Source: Pyrodictiaceae archaeon (GTDB taxonomy: Archaea > Thermoproteota > Thermoprotei_A > Sulfolobales > Pyrodictiaceae). Taken from it: a stretch of 64,000 bases of DNA. The notes beneath the pieces are model-generated. The model was not told the DNA's origin. It did no database searches and was given only the letters and a program-made list of their open reading frames with translations. Position 1 is the first letter of the stretch. Each line of letters opens with the position of its first letter. Of the stretch, positions 1-9,186 are shown piece by piece. The position numbers and the translations under genes are program-made. The stretch is from NCBI GenBank assembly GCA_027036135.1, contig JALVSY010000007.1, positions 580,880 through 644,879 on the forward strand, written 5' to 3'.

Positions 1-227
1 TTGCTCAGCCTGTCATATATCCACGCGGCGACGTCGCTGTCGCTAACCTCTCTCAGAGGCTTACCGCCTATATAGGAGAGGAAATCAGTTATGGCTGCAC
101 GGTAAGCCTTAATCGTCTTAGGGCTAGCGCCCCCAGCTGCTAGCGCGGCTAGGAATGCCTCAAGGATCTCACTGTTGCTCCTCTTCAGGATATCCCGTGG
201 AGGCGGTGGTAGCTCGAAGCGAACCAA
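1..227 (-). CDS. xerA: Tyrosine recombinase XerA-like, N-terminal (SAM-like) part; continues off the left edge
   Basis: Not in the ORF track. Manual translation from TTG 227: MVRFELPPPPRDILKRSNSEILEAFLAALAAGGASPKTIKAYRAAITDFLSYIGGKPLREVSDSDVAAWIYDRLS. The 'S.KTIKAY...I.DF' pattern is typical of the Xer/integrase core-binding domain. Confidence 0.75.
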   Translation of the reverse strand, partial: MVRFELPPPPRDILKRSNSEILEAFLAALAAGGASPKTIKAYRAAITDFLSYIGGKPLREVSDSDVAAWIYDRLS

Positions 228-318
228 TGCACCTACTCCCAAGAATTATAATAAGATAGCGGGGTAGGCAAGAGGCCTGGGACGCCTAATATACCAGGGT
301 AATACTCTTCCCATAGAC

Positions 319-654
319 CTAGGCTAGACGGATGAGCCTAGATCTTCTCCGGTACCGCTCGAACTCCCCGTAGCCCACCACGTGTATATCGAAGGGGTAG
401 TGTGCTAGCCCTATCTTCTCAAGCTCCTCCCATACCTTGGCGAGTACCTGGATCCGCTTCTCTGGCGCGATGCTCTCCTCGGGGAACACGACTAGGATGT
501 CTATGTCGCTTAGCACTGTTAAGCGGTTCTCAGCAGCTCCCCCGAATAGGTAGACCTGGGCACTGGGGTAGAGTCTCCTGAGTATTTCTACGAGCTTGTT
601 AACGGCTTGTCTCCACTCGCTGAGGAGCTGGAGCCTTGTCCTAGAATTCTCCCC
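319..654 (-). CDS. Minimal nucleotidyltransferase (MNT antitoxin); start uncertain
   Basis: VYLFGG...SDIDILVV motif (usually FGS). The first ~40 aa of track ORF 319..771 are an alternative frame of the HEPN gene. Confidence 0.75.
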   Translation of the reverse strand, partial: GENSRTRLQLLSEWRQAVNKLVEILRRLYPSAQVYLFGGAAENRLTVLSDIDILVVFPEESIAPEKRIQVLAKVWEELEKIGLAHYPFDIHVVGYGEFERYRRRSRLIRLA

Positions 655-1056
655 AGTAGTTCCTCTAGGGCTTTGAGAACTCGGTGAGCGGTGTCTAGGA
701 CTAGGCTTGCCCCCTTCTCGTTGTACTCTATGGACCCGTATGCCGCGCGTATATGTGCTTCGCTCAGCCATGTTAATGCTGTCCTGTTGCGCCTAACGAA
801 CTCTGCTAGCCGCTCAGCCTCCTCGCGGAGGCCTTGCTCGATGAGAGGATACTAGGAGGCCGAGTAATCCGGGTATATCGTGTCCATGTACCTCCTCGCC
901 AAGGATGCGGTAAAGCACGGAGCTTGTTGCCAGCTGGGCAGCGTACTCGGCCTCGCGTGCACAGGTATCATAGTCTCTCTCGGCGCAGGCCTCCTCGGCC
1001 CAGCGCAGAGCGTTCTGAGCACGTCTCCACAGCAGTGCTGCGTATTCCCCGCTCAT
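588..1056 (-). pseudogene. HEPN-domain protein, frameshifted near 845
   Basis: N-half has AEYAAQLA..GHDI. The helical C-half (LIEQGLREEAERLAEFVRRNRTALTWLSEAHIRAAYGSIEYNEK...) continues in another frame. Directly upstream of MNT. Confidence 0.7.
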
Positions 1057-1088
1057 AGCAGAGCACCTCCCCCTAGTAGCAGGGATGA

Positions 1089-1823
1089 CTAGCCCTGAGC
1101 TTGCTCGACGAGTAGCTCCTCTGCCTTCCTCTCTTCTTGCTTCTTCTCCTTCTTGGAGCGCTCCGCTAGCTTCATCACTATTCCTATGAAGCGTAGAGGG
1201 TCTATCGAGACTACGCCGAGTGTCTCCGCGAACCTCCTCGCTCCCTCATCGTTGCTCACGAGTATTGCTTGGAGCTCCACGGCTAGGAGAACAGCGTCCA
1301 AGTCCTCGACGCTATCCAGTACCCCGTGCCTTGTGGCTTGGCGGTAGCGCTCGCGAAGCCCCCTTATCAGAGTGCCTAGCTTCTCGTTCCTCTCCTCCCT
1401 GCTCATAGTCTCCCGGGGATACATGCCCCCCATCTCGAAGGCGCGGCGGACATGCTCCTCCGCCACCCTTAGGCCCTTGGTTAGCCTCGTCCTCATCTCC
1501 TCAACGTAGTCCCTTATCACGCTAGCAGGTATCCTTATCTCGTGCCTCGCAGGCGGCTTAATCGTTATCCACGTAGCTAGCTCCTCGAAGGAGCGGAGAC
1601 TAACACCGTTGGAGAGGAGGAAGCGACGAGCCTCCTCATAGACACTAGGCGGCATATATACCTCGAGGCCGTAGCCGAGACGAGCCTCGGCCACTAGCTC
1701 TGCTAGCCTCCTAATAGCTTCGTCGATGTCACGGGCCCCGAGCACCCCCCTTATACGGGGATCGGTGAGAGCACTAGTATCGAGCACATAGACCCTCAAC
1801 ACTCTCTGTAAGCGCTTCTCCAC
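1089..1823 (-). CDS. HARP / RNA-free RNase P (PIN-like 'RNA ligase partner' family)
   Basis: VLDTS, GLRVAEE, LRERYRQATRHGVLDSVEDLDAVLLA, SNDEG motifs match the Aquifex aq_880-type pattern. SD GGAGGTGA lies 6 nt before the GTG. Confidence 0.9.
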   Translation of the reverse strand: MEKRLQRVLRVYVLDTSALTDPRIRGVLGARDIDEAIRRLAELVAEARLGYGLEVYMPPSVYEEARRFLLSNGVSLRSFEELATWITIKPPARHEIRIPASVIRDYVEEMRTRLTKGLRVAEEHVRRAFEMGGMYPRETMSREERNEKLGTLIRGLRERYRQATRHGVLDSVEDLDAVLLAVELQAILVSNDEGARRFAETLGVVSIDPLRFIGIVMKLAERSKKEKKQEERKAEELLVEQAQG

Positions 1824-2101
1824 CGTGCATCACCTCCCTCTTAGCAATGCTTCCCCGGGCCCAAGGGGTGCCTCGGGGCCCCCTTGCCCCGCCTCGTGGA
1901 GGGATGCCCTCTCCGTGCACAGAGCCATTTGCGCTGAATAGCTCTACCTAGTTATTTCTCCGAGGATGCGCGGAGAGTCTCCATAGTAATTGTTCTAGCC
2001 TTCTCGCTGAAAATAATATTTTCCTAGACGAGGCGCCACATATACGAGGCACTAGCCAGGCTTTATCGTGAGTGGCTCCTGGTCTCGGCGGGGGGTAGTC
2101 T

Positions 2102-2740
2102 TTGTTGAGTAGCGCTGATGAAGTAAGGGTTCCTGGGCTTGAGCCGGGGCTGGTCTCGGCGGCGGTCACTGTCTGGGGCTTGTTGTTCTTTGTCTCGCTG
2201 TTCAGCCTGGGTCTCTTCCTCAGTGATCCTGGCTCCTGGCTTGGCTTCGCTGCGAGGTATTGGTTTGCTGCGGCTGTGCTTTCAGGGGCTAGCACTTTCG
2301 CCGTGGGGCGCTTGCTCGCCGACTACTACTCCGAGGCCCTGCTAGTAGCGGAGGAGTATGCGCCAGGGCTCCAGCCTAGCTGCAAGGAGCCACGCGTATA
2401 CGACGCGGCCGCTGATGTCGCGCAGGCTGTGGCTGGGCTAGAGCAGCTCTCCTCGCTATGGCCGCTTGCAGCTGCTAGCTTTGGGCTTCTAGGCCTCTAT
2501 AGCGGTGTCCTCCTCTACTACCTTGTGCGCCTAGCTACTAGGGGGCTAAGGGGCCTCGGCTACAGCGTCTCCGACGAGGCCCCGGCCACGAGGAGCATCG
2601 CTGCCCTCGCTGTAGCAACCCTTGGTGTAGGACTATTAGTTGGAGCTTACTACGTCTCACGCATCCTCAGCGACACTGTTACGAGTGTTAGGAGCCTCGT
2701 CGAGGAGGCTGAGACTACTTGGATACCAAGTGTAGATTAG
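2102..2740 (+). CDS. Membrane protein, unknown function
   Basis: 212-aa ORF with about 4 hydrophobic segments. Confidence 0.6.
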   Translation: MLSSADEVRVPGLEPGLVSAAVTVWGLLFFVSLFSLGLFLSDPGSWLGFAARYWFAAAVLSGASTFAVGRLLADYYSEALLVAEEYAPGLQPSCKEPRVYDAAADVAQAVAGLEQLSSLWPLAAASFGLLGLYSGVLLYYLVRLATRGLRGLGYSVSDEAPATRSIAALAVATLGVGLLVGAYYVSRILSDTVTSVRSLVEEAETTWIPSVD

Positions 2741-2937
2741 TCATAGCAATGGTTGTACTCGGCTACATTGCTTACGTTGTTGCGTTGTTCTCTCCAAGGC
2801 TCGGAGACTATGTCGCGAAGGCCTCCTTAGCGGTACTAGTCGGTATCCTAGCCTACCTATACGCAAGGTACAGGGCAGCACAGTGTAGCAGGGTAAGGGG
2901 CGGGGGAGAGGAGATAACGCGTACACCGGTGGGCTAA
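2719..2937 (+). CDS. Small 2-TM membrane protein
   Basis: Two hydrophobic helices; overlaps the upstream gene in an operon-like way. Confidence 0.55.
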   Translation: MDTKCRLVIAMVVLGYIAYVVALFSPRLGDYVAKASLAVLVGILAYLYARYRAAQCSRVRGGGEEITRTPVG

Positions 2938-4106
2938 TCTATCGGGGTCAGTCCCGTCTCTAGTATCTTCCTGACCTCTATCCACGTATCCTTGGGCTTC
3001 TTTATCCTCGCCCTTAGGTAGCCGTTTTCCTCCCAGGTCTTCTCCACTATGAGGTCTATGCCGAGGCTCGCCATGTAGTCCAGGAACTCGTTCAGTTCAT
3101 CAGCGTTGGCGAACTCTAGCTCAAACTCCTCCGCAACCATCTCGCCCCTCGCGATCTGCTTAACGGTCTCTATAGCTGGCCTTAGTATCGCTGAGCCGAG
3201 CTCCAGGGCTAGGCTATCAAGCTTGGGGCCCTCCAAGCCCTCCTCATAGGCCCGGAATATCTCGCGGAGTATCCTTGAGAAGAGGAAGCTCCTCCCCTCC
3301 TCCATGAAGAACCTCATGCCTATCCGCAAATCCCCTATATTGGTGGCAGGCGTCGTGTACTTCAATGGATTCACCCTGTACTCCGGGTCCTTGAGCACCA
3401 CTCCCTCTCTCCCCTCTCGGTGAAGCTTAGCGATGATGCCGCGTATCTCGTCAACATTATCCTTATCCACTATGCCTAGGACGGGTACATGTGGCACACC
3501 GTGCTTCTCCGTAACCTCGTCTCTCCGCCTCGGAGGCAGGGGCTTGCCTTCACGGAACACGTCGAACACGAAGTAACCGAACCTGGGCGCCTCGGGGTAG
3601 AAGTACCTCGTATACGGATTCTCTAGCCCAATAACCTCTCCTGCTAAGTAGTGCTCCTCTGGCCCAAGCTCCCTCAGCGCCTCTCTTAGCTTGGGGCCTA
3701 GGAGCCTATTCAGCCTAGCAGTAGTATAGGGGCATATGAGGCCCCCACGAGTAATAGCCACTACCCGGTCATCTATGAGGGCGACTCTCACGTTGTACCC
3801 ATTAAGCTTCTCCTCAACAACAACCCTGTCTATGAAGTGCCTCGGCACAGCTACGCGGAGCAATACAGCCCTCTGTATAGGCGGGTAGCCATGGATAACC
3901 CTGCTCCAGTCACGCCCAAAGATAACCACGGTTCCCTCAGGGTAGCCAGCAAGCTCTCTACGCAGAGAAGCATAGAGCAAGCCACGGTAGCCCCGGATCC
4001 GGATAACCCTACTCCTAACAAGCCCCTCAACGCGCTCCCGGTCAAGGCCAAGACTATCAGCAATAACATCCAGCATCCAGGGCTCCGGGCCAAACTGCTC
4101 AGCCAA
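2934..4106 (-). CDS. ATP-dependent RNA ligase, Pab1020/Rnl3 family
   Basis: Motif I EKLNGYN, TRGG.ICPYTT, GEV.G.ENPY, EGREGVVLK; located near HARP. Confidence 0.92.
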   Translation of the reverse strand: MAEQFGPEPWMLDVIADSLGLDRERVEGLVRSRVIRIRGYRGLLYASLRRELAGYPEGTVVIFGRDWSRVIHGYPPIQRAVLLRVAVPRHFIDRVVVEEKLNGYNVRVALIDDRVVAITRGGLICPYTTARLNRLLGPKLREALRELGPEEHYLAGEVIGLENPYTRYFYPEAPRFGYFVFDVFREGKPLPPRRRDEVTEKHGVPHVPVLGIVDKDNVDEIRGIIAKLHREGREGVVLKDPEYRVNPLKYTTPATNIGDLRIGMRFFMEEGRSFLFSRILREIFRAYEEGLEGPKLDSLALELGSAILRPAIETVKQIARGEMVAEEFELEFANADELNEFLDYMASLGIDLIVEKTWEENGYLRARIKKPKDTWIEVRKILETGLTPID

Positions 4107-4257
4107 CCTTCCAGCACCCAGAATAAAGCAATACTATGAAAGCCATTATACAAAGATGACCCCTATTTTTACATTAGCTCTTGTGCATTCCGCTAATGCC
4201 GGTGCCGATGAGAGAACGTGATTTTATACATTCACGTAATACAATGACGTATTCTAG

Positions 4258-4533
4258 GTGCTGGCTAGGATGGCTAGAGTAGTGCCACTACGCCTCAGCA
4301 AGGAAGTCCTTGAAACTATAGATATGTTGATAGAGCTTGGAGTCTTTAGTTCACGAAGCGAGGCACTAAGAGAACTCATTGAGGCAGGACTAGATAGTTA
4401 CAAGAGCATCGCTAGAATAGCTAAAGCAGTAGAAAAGCTATTCGAGCTGGAGAAAGAAAAGGGAGATATCCCCATAAAGCTGAATGGTGCCCTAAAACAA
4501 CTCCTTGAGGGAGGGGAGGCCTATAGGCCTTGA
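4258..4533 (+). CDS. Ribbon-helix-helix (CopG-like) antitoxin
   Basis: VVPLRL...IDMLIELGVFSSRSEALRELI RHH pattern; directly upstream of a PIN gene. Confidence 0.8.
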   Translation: MLARMARVVPLRLSKEVLETIDMLIELGVFSSRSEALRELIEAGLDSYKSIARIAKAVEKLFELEKEKGDIPIKLNGALKQLLEGGEAYRP

Positions 4534-5002
4534 GCTATGTTGATACTAGTGTCATAGTTGCAGCGCTTGACCAGCTAGATTCAAGTCGTCAACAAGCTCG
4601 CGCTCTCCTCGAGAAAGGTGAGTACAAGGTCGTATCGGAACCAGTTATCGCTGAGCTAGCAAGCGTGTTGTCAAGGAGACACGGGATGGTATCGGATATG
4701 GCTAAGGAGCTAGGCTTGTTGCCTGGAGAAGCCGTAATAGCGCTGCTGATTTATGTGCTTAGAAGGTTTAGTTTAAGATACAAAAGTATAGAGGAATATG
4801 CAAGGTTTCCCTCTATAGGTAGAATGCATAGAGCGGTACTAACTGCTGCAACACTAGCGCCAGTCTTGGGCTCAGGACACTAGACATGTTACACGTCGCA
4901 TATACGAAAACCCTAAAGGAGGATGGAGAGCCATTATCAAGGATAATTACTGCTGATAGAGGCTTTGAAAAAGCACGAGATAATCTGCTAAACTTGGCCT
5001 AG
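4530..5002 (+). pseudogene. VapC/PIN toxin, frameshifted near 4865
   Basis: N-terminus YVDTSV. The C-terminal LRTLDMLHVAY...IITADRGF lies in a shifted frame ending at TAG 5002. Confidence 0.8.
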
Positions 5003-5015
5003 AACTAGTCGTGAT

Positions 5016-5327
5016 TTAGAGAATTGTCTTGTATCTTTTCCTCCCCAGTCTCCCCACTAATGCTTCGTACTCTTTTCTGCGAAGCACCGTGACTATCTCG
5101 GCGTAGCTTACCCGGTTAGCCACCACTACCGCTACGTCGTTACTTCCTAGGACTAGGTAGACATCGTTGCCCCTATCGTAGAGTATTTGTAGGGGCTCGC
5201 GGAGAGCCTCCTCAACCTCAGCATGGCTTATACCTCTCTCCCTCATCCTCTCCTCGGCGTGCCTTGTATAGACTAGTCTCCGCCACGTATACCCAAGCCA
5301 CCCGGGCTCCAAGGAGAAACCTACCAC
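5016..5327 (-). CDS. DUF4258-like (RelE/BrnT-fold) protein
   Basis: YTRHAEERMRERGIS..EVEEAL ... IVTV motif. Confidence 0.75.
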   Translation of the reverse strand: MVGFSLEPGWLGYTWRRLVYTRHAEERMRERGISHAEVEEALREPLQILYDRGNDVYLVLGSNDVAVVVANRVSYAEIVTVLRRKEYEALVGRLGRKRYKTIL

Positions 5328-5791
5328 CCAAGTGGGGACACGAATATAGCTATGAGGGCGAGGAGGGACAAGACCTCAATAACCATGTTTGCTAACCGGT
5401 TATTGGAGCGTAGCTTCGCCAACCTATAGTACTTTTTGCTAAACGGGTAAAGAAGAGCCACACCCCGCACAGTCAATGCGTCGAGAAACAAGTGGCCGAG
5501 GAAACCAGCAACAAAGCTAGCTCCTACGAGCACTCCGAGGCCCTGAGAGTAAAGGGAAGCAACATAGTAGGCCAAGAGCCCCAGCAATACACAGGCAAAG
5601 AGGTTATGGAGAGCAGCCCTATGCCTATAGCCGAGGTCGAGGTCGGGAAAGACACCCGCAACAATAGCCACTACAAGGCCAACATAGACACTGCTCACAG
5701 TGCCGGCCAAGAGCTTAGCCACTAGCACCCCAAGCATAGCAGAGAAAGCAACATGAGCCCTACGCTGCACGCCCCGGACCCCTGTCTCCAA
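5321..5791 (-). CDS. YdjM-like metal-dependent membrane hydrolase
   Basis: H....S, FPDLD, HRAALHNL, GHLFLDALTVRGVALLYPF. Confidence 0.85.
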   Translation of the reverse strand: METGVRGVQRRAHVAFSAMLGVLVAKLLAGTVSSVYVGLVVAIVAGVFPDLDLGYRHRAALHNLFACVLLGLLAYYVASLYSQGLGVLVGASFVAGFLGHLFLDALTVRGVALLYPFSKKYYRLAKLRSNNRLANMVIEVLSLLALIAIFVSPLGW

Positions 5792-5842
5792 GAGTATAGT
5801 GCTGGACTAGCCAGGGAGCACTACTAGAGCGGTGCATCAGTC

Positions 5843-6328
5843 CTATCTAGTCCTTGTTATTCTAGCTTTTACCTCTTGGACTAGTTTCTCTATTCTCTTT
5901 AGAGCATCTCTTACATCCTCTTCGCTGCATCAGCCCTCGTAGAAGCATGTATGCATGCCATTAGCGCTCATCCATGCATCATGCACCCATTCTCCTAGCT
6001 CGTGCTTAACCTTGTTCTTGTACATCCATAGCTCGCTATGACTCGTTAGCCTTTTGCCGTCTCTCCAAGAAGCATATGCTTTGACGGCTAGCGCTGCTGT
6101 GCCCCACAGCTTCTCAGCAGCTTGGCGGACATCGCCTTTTTCAAGCTCTTGCTCGGCTTGCGTCAGCAGCTCCTCGGCTGCCTCAATGTATTCCCTTGCT
6201 CTCTCCGGTGGATCCGGGCTGCCAAGAACTGCTTCTATCACTAGCTCTTCTGGTGATGCTCCCTGCTTCTCGGCTTCTTGTCGAAGTCTCTCAGCTATTC
6301 GTCGAGGGGGTACAATAGTCACTGGCAT
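5843..6328 (-). pseudogene. PaREP1-family protein with in-frame TGA at 5930-5932
   Basis: GDVRQAAEKLWG, SH.ELW, MHTCFYEG*. The frame stays open after the stop (CSEEDVRDALKRIEKLVQEVKARITRTR) to TAG 5843. Confidence 0.75.
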
Positions 6329-6496
6329 GGGCTTGTCCTCCTCGTGGAGAGTCAGGCTCTTATCCTGGGTACTGTGTTCTCCGCGGGGAACCGTATAAGG
6401 TGTGTGAACGCCTATGCAAGGAACCTGGCAGAGATACTTGAGCTTATCTCTATGGAGTCCTCTATACAAGTAATGAGGAAAGGGGTGGCGTCTTGT

Positions 6497-7252
6497 ATGA
6501 GTGTCGCGGGCTACGTCCTTGTCACTGGGTCTAGTAGGGGGATTGGTAGGGCTATTGCTCTACGGTTTGCCTCCGAGGGCTACGCGGTAGCCATTACTTA
6601 TCATGGTAGACGTGACTTGGCGGAGAAGGTGGCTGAGGAGGCTCGTAGGCGTGGAGCGCCCGACGTACTAGTACTGGGTCTCGATGTCGCGAGCCCGGAG
6701 AGCGTTGAGGAGGCTAGGAAGAGGGTCGAGGAGAAGTGGCCCTATCTCAACGTCCTCGTGAACAATGCTGGCATACTTCATGTAGGCTCGACGGAGGAGA
6801 CGAGCCTCGAGCAATGGGAACAAGTAATAAGGGTTAACCTAACCGGTGTATTCCTTGTGACCAAGACCTTTCTACCCCTCTTGAAGAAGGCGCCATGGGC
6901 TAGCATAGTCAACCTCGCCAGCATTGCTGGGCAGACAGGAAACATAGTAGCCTCAACAGCCTACGCCGCCTCAAAGGCTGGTGTAATAGGGTTCACGCGC
7001 CGACTAGCAGTAGAGCTAGCACCCCTAGGCATAAGAGTAAACGCGGTAGCACCGAGCTTCGTTGAGACGGACATGGTGAGAGACTTCATCGATACACCGG
7101 AGAAGAGGAGGAAGATAGAGGAGCTACACCCGCTCCGAATGATAATACAGCCAGAAGACGTAGCAGAGACCGTGTTCTTCCTAGCAACGCCGAGGTCACG
7201 GGCAATAACAGGCCAAGTGATAGGAATCAATGCCGGCAGACTAACCTGCTAA
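6497..7252 (+). CDS. Classical SDR (FabG-like oxidoreductase)
   Basis: TGSSRGIG, NNAG, YAASK; probable start ATG 6497. Confidence 0.92.
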   Translation: MSVAGYVLVTGSSRGIGRAIALRFASEGYAVAITYHGRRDLAEKVAEEARRRGAPDVLVLGLDVASPESVEEARKRVEEKWPYLNVLVNNAGILHVGSTEETSLEQWEQVIRVNLTGVFLVTKTFLPLLKKAPWASIVNLASIAGQTGNIVASTAYAASKAGVIGFTRRLAVELAPLGIRVNAVAPSFVETDMVRDFIDTPEKRRKIEELHPLRMIIQPEDVAETVFFLATPRSRAITGQVIGINAGRLTC

Positions 7253-7273
7253 GCTGCTAAGGGAACATAAGAG

Positions 7274-7351
7274 GCTGTATCGGTAAACCCCGCCACACCT
7301 CACAGCCCTAGGGGCTCGGTCCCCGTAGGCCCTGGTGGCTCCTCACCCAGC
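7274..7351 (-). ncRNA. Candidate box C/D guide sRNA
   Basis: C GUGAGGA, D' CCGA, hairpin GCCC-CUA-GGGC, C' GUGAGGU, D CCGA, terminal stem GCUG/CAGC; GC-rich and intergenic. Confidence 0.6.
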
Positions 7352-7399
7352 TACTGTTTTTAGAAAGCATAGAGGGTGGAAGAAGTCTCCCCTCATGGA

Positions 7400-8017
7400 T
7401 TATTTCCTTGCTACTTCGTAGAGGAAGTACTCGTGTATTCTTGTATCGCTTGTTAGCTCTGGGTGAAACGTGGTTGCTAGCATGTTGCCCTGCCTAGCCA
7501 TTATTATTGCCTCGTCTAGCCTGGCCAGGGGCTCTGCTTCTCCCCATGTCTTGGTTATTGCTGGTGCTCGTATGAAGACCGCCCTGAAAGGCCCCTTGCC
7601 CACTGCTGGGATCTCTACGTCTATCTCAAAGCTCTCGCGCTGCCGGCCATAGTAGTTGCGCACAACCTCTATGTTCATTAGGCCTAGGAGTGGCTGCTTA
7701 GTCTCACCGACGCGTCTATCCCTAACACTCTTGGCTAGGAGTATTGCGCCGGCACAGACACCCATTACTGGGAGGCCATCCTCTATAGCTTCTCGTAGCT
7801 CTCCTAGTAGCCCTGTGTGCTCTGCTACAACACCTATCGTTGTACTCTCGCCGCCAGGTATTATGATAGCGTCTAGGCCTCTGAGCTGACTAGGCCTCTT
7901 AACAAACACAACGTCTATACTTGTCTCCCTCTTATCAACTACTTGCTTAAGCATATAGGCGTGTTCGTAGACCCCTCCCTGGAGAGCAAGTATACCGACG
8001 CGCACTGAGTTACTCAC
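7400..8017 (-). CDS. pdxT: PLP synthase glutaminase subunit
   Basis: [32 protein letters not shown]. Confidence 0.96.
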   Translation of the reverse strand: MSNSVRVGILALQGGVYEHAYMLKQVVDKRETSIDVVFVKRPSQLRGLDAIIIPGGESTTIGVVAEHTGLLGELREAIEDGLPVMGVCAGAILLAKSVRDRRVGETKQPLLGLMNIEVVRNYYGRQRESFEIDVEIPAVGKGPFRAVFIRAPAITKTWGEAEPLARLDEAIIMARQGNMLATTFHPELTSDTRIHEYFLYEVARK

Positions 8018-9074
8018 CCCGGACTTGTAGTAGTTCCTCGGGCTTGAGCCTCTTGATATCTATCCCCATCATGCTCTTCTGCTCACTAATCATAGCCTGT
8101 GCCTCCGCAACGGTCTCCGGGTCATCCCACATACTGGTAGCGAGCACTATTGCCCTAGCCCTCTCCGCGGGATCCTTGCTCTTGAATATCCCCGACCCGA
8201 CAAAGACACCATCGGCTCCGAGCCACATCATTAGAGCGGCGTCAGCTGGTGTAGCAATACCTCCCGCAGCGAAGTTTACCACGGGGAGCCTACCAAGCCT
8301 TGCTGTTAGCTCTACCAGCTGGTACGGGACACCGTACTCGCGGGCCTTTCTCACCCTCTCCTCTGGGGTCATTGAGCGGAGGCTCCATATCTCCTGCATT
8401 ATTGCCTTCATGTGCCTAACAGCCTCAGCCACATTCCCGGTGCCAGCCTCTCCCTTAGTCCTTATCATTGCAGCGCCTTCGGTTATCCTGCGCAGCGCCT
8501 CTCCGAGGCTACGAGCCCCATTGACGAAGGGGATGCGGAATAGCCACTTATTGATATGGTGCTTCTCGTCGACTGGTGTCAAGACCTCGCTCTCATCAAT
8601 CATATCAACTCCAATAGTTTGGAGGATCAATGCCTCGTAGTAGTGCCCGATCCTCACCTTAGCCATAACAGGTATCGTGACAGTATCCATGACTGCCTGT
8701 ATAACCTTCACGTCAGCCATCCTAGCAACTCCACCCTGGACACGGACATCATAGGGAAGCTTGTCGAGAACCATAACCGAGGCAGCCCCAGCATCCTCGG
8801 CGATACTGGCTTGCTCGGTGTTCGTAACGTCCATGCACACCCCGCCCTTCTGGAACACTGGGAACCCGTATTTTACGCGGAGAGTACCCCTCTCTGGGAT
8901 AGTGATTCTCTCTGGTAGCTTCTCGGGGCCGTAGAGAAACCAGTCACCCTCCTCCCTGAGCCTATCAGCAGCCTCTGCTAAGCGGTAGAAGAAGTCGACA
9001 ATGTTGCTAAACCCGACCTCGTAGAGACGAACACTACTGGACAAATAGCTATAAGAAGGTACACCTCCAGTCAA
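8010..9074 (-). CDS. pdxS: PLP synthase lyase subunit with N-terminal extension
   Basis: [43 protein letters not shown]. Confidence 0.97.
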   Translation of the reverse strand: MTGGVPSYSYLSSSVRLYEVGFSNIVDFFYRLAEAADRLREEGDWFLYGPEKLPERITIPERGTLRVKYGFPVFQKGGVCMDVTNTEQASIAEDAGAASVMVLDKLPYDVRVQGGVARMADVKVIQAVMDTVTIPVMAKVRIGHYYEALILQTIGVDMIDESEVLTPVDEKHHINKWLFRIPFVNGARSLGEALRRITEGAAMIRTKGEAGTGNVAEAVRHMKAIMQEIWSLRSMTPEERVRKAREYGVPYQLVELTARLGRLPVVNFAAGGIATPADAALMMWLGADGVFVGSGIFKSKDPAERARAIVLATSMWDDPETVAEAQAMISEQKSMMGIDIKRLKPEELLQVRGE

Positions 9075-9186
9075 GTGGCCTCGCCAATAAATTGGTAATC
9101 TAGCAAGTTAGAACCAAATTATAAATTACGCGGCTCTTTACAGAGGAGCTATCTCGATCACGAGATAGCGTTGATAGCAGGCACAG

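Noticed and set aside
8880-9074. PdxS N-terminal extension of about 65 aa
   Set aside because: As I recall, similar extensions occur in related crenarchaeal PdxS proteins, so there is no evidence of novelty.
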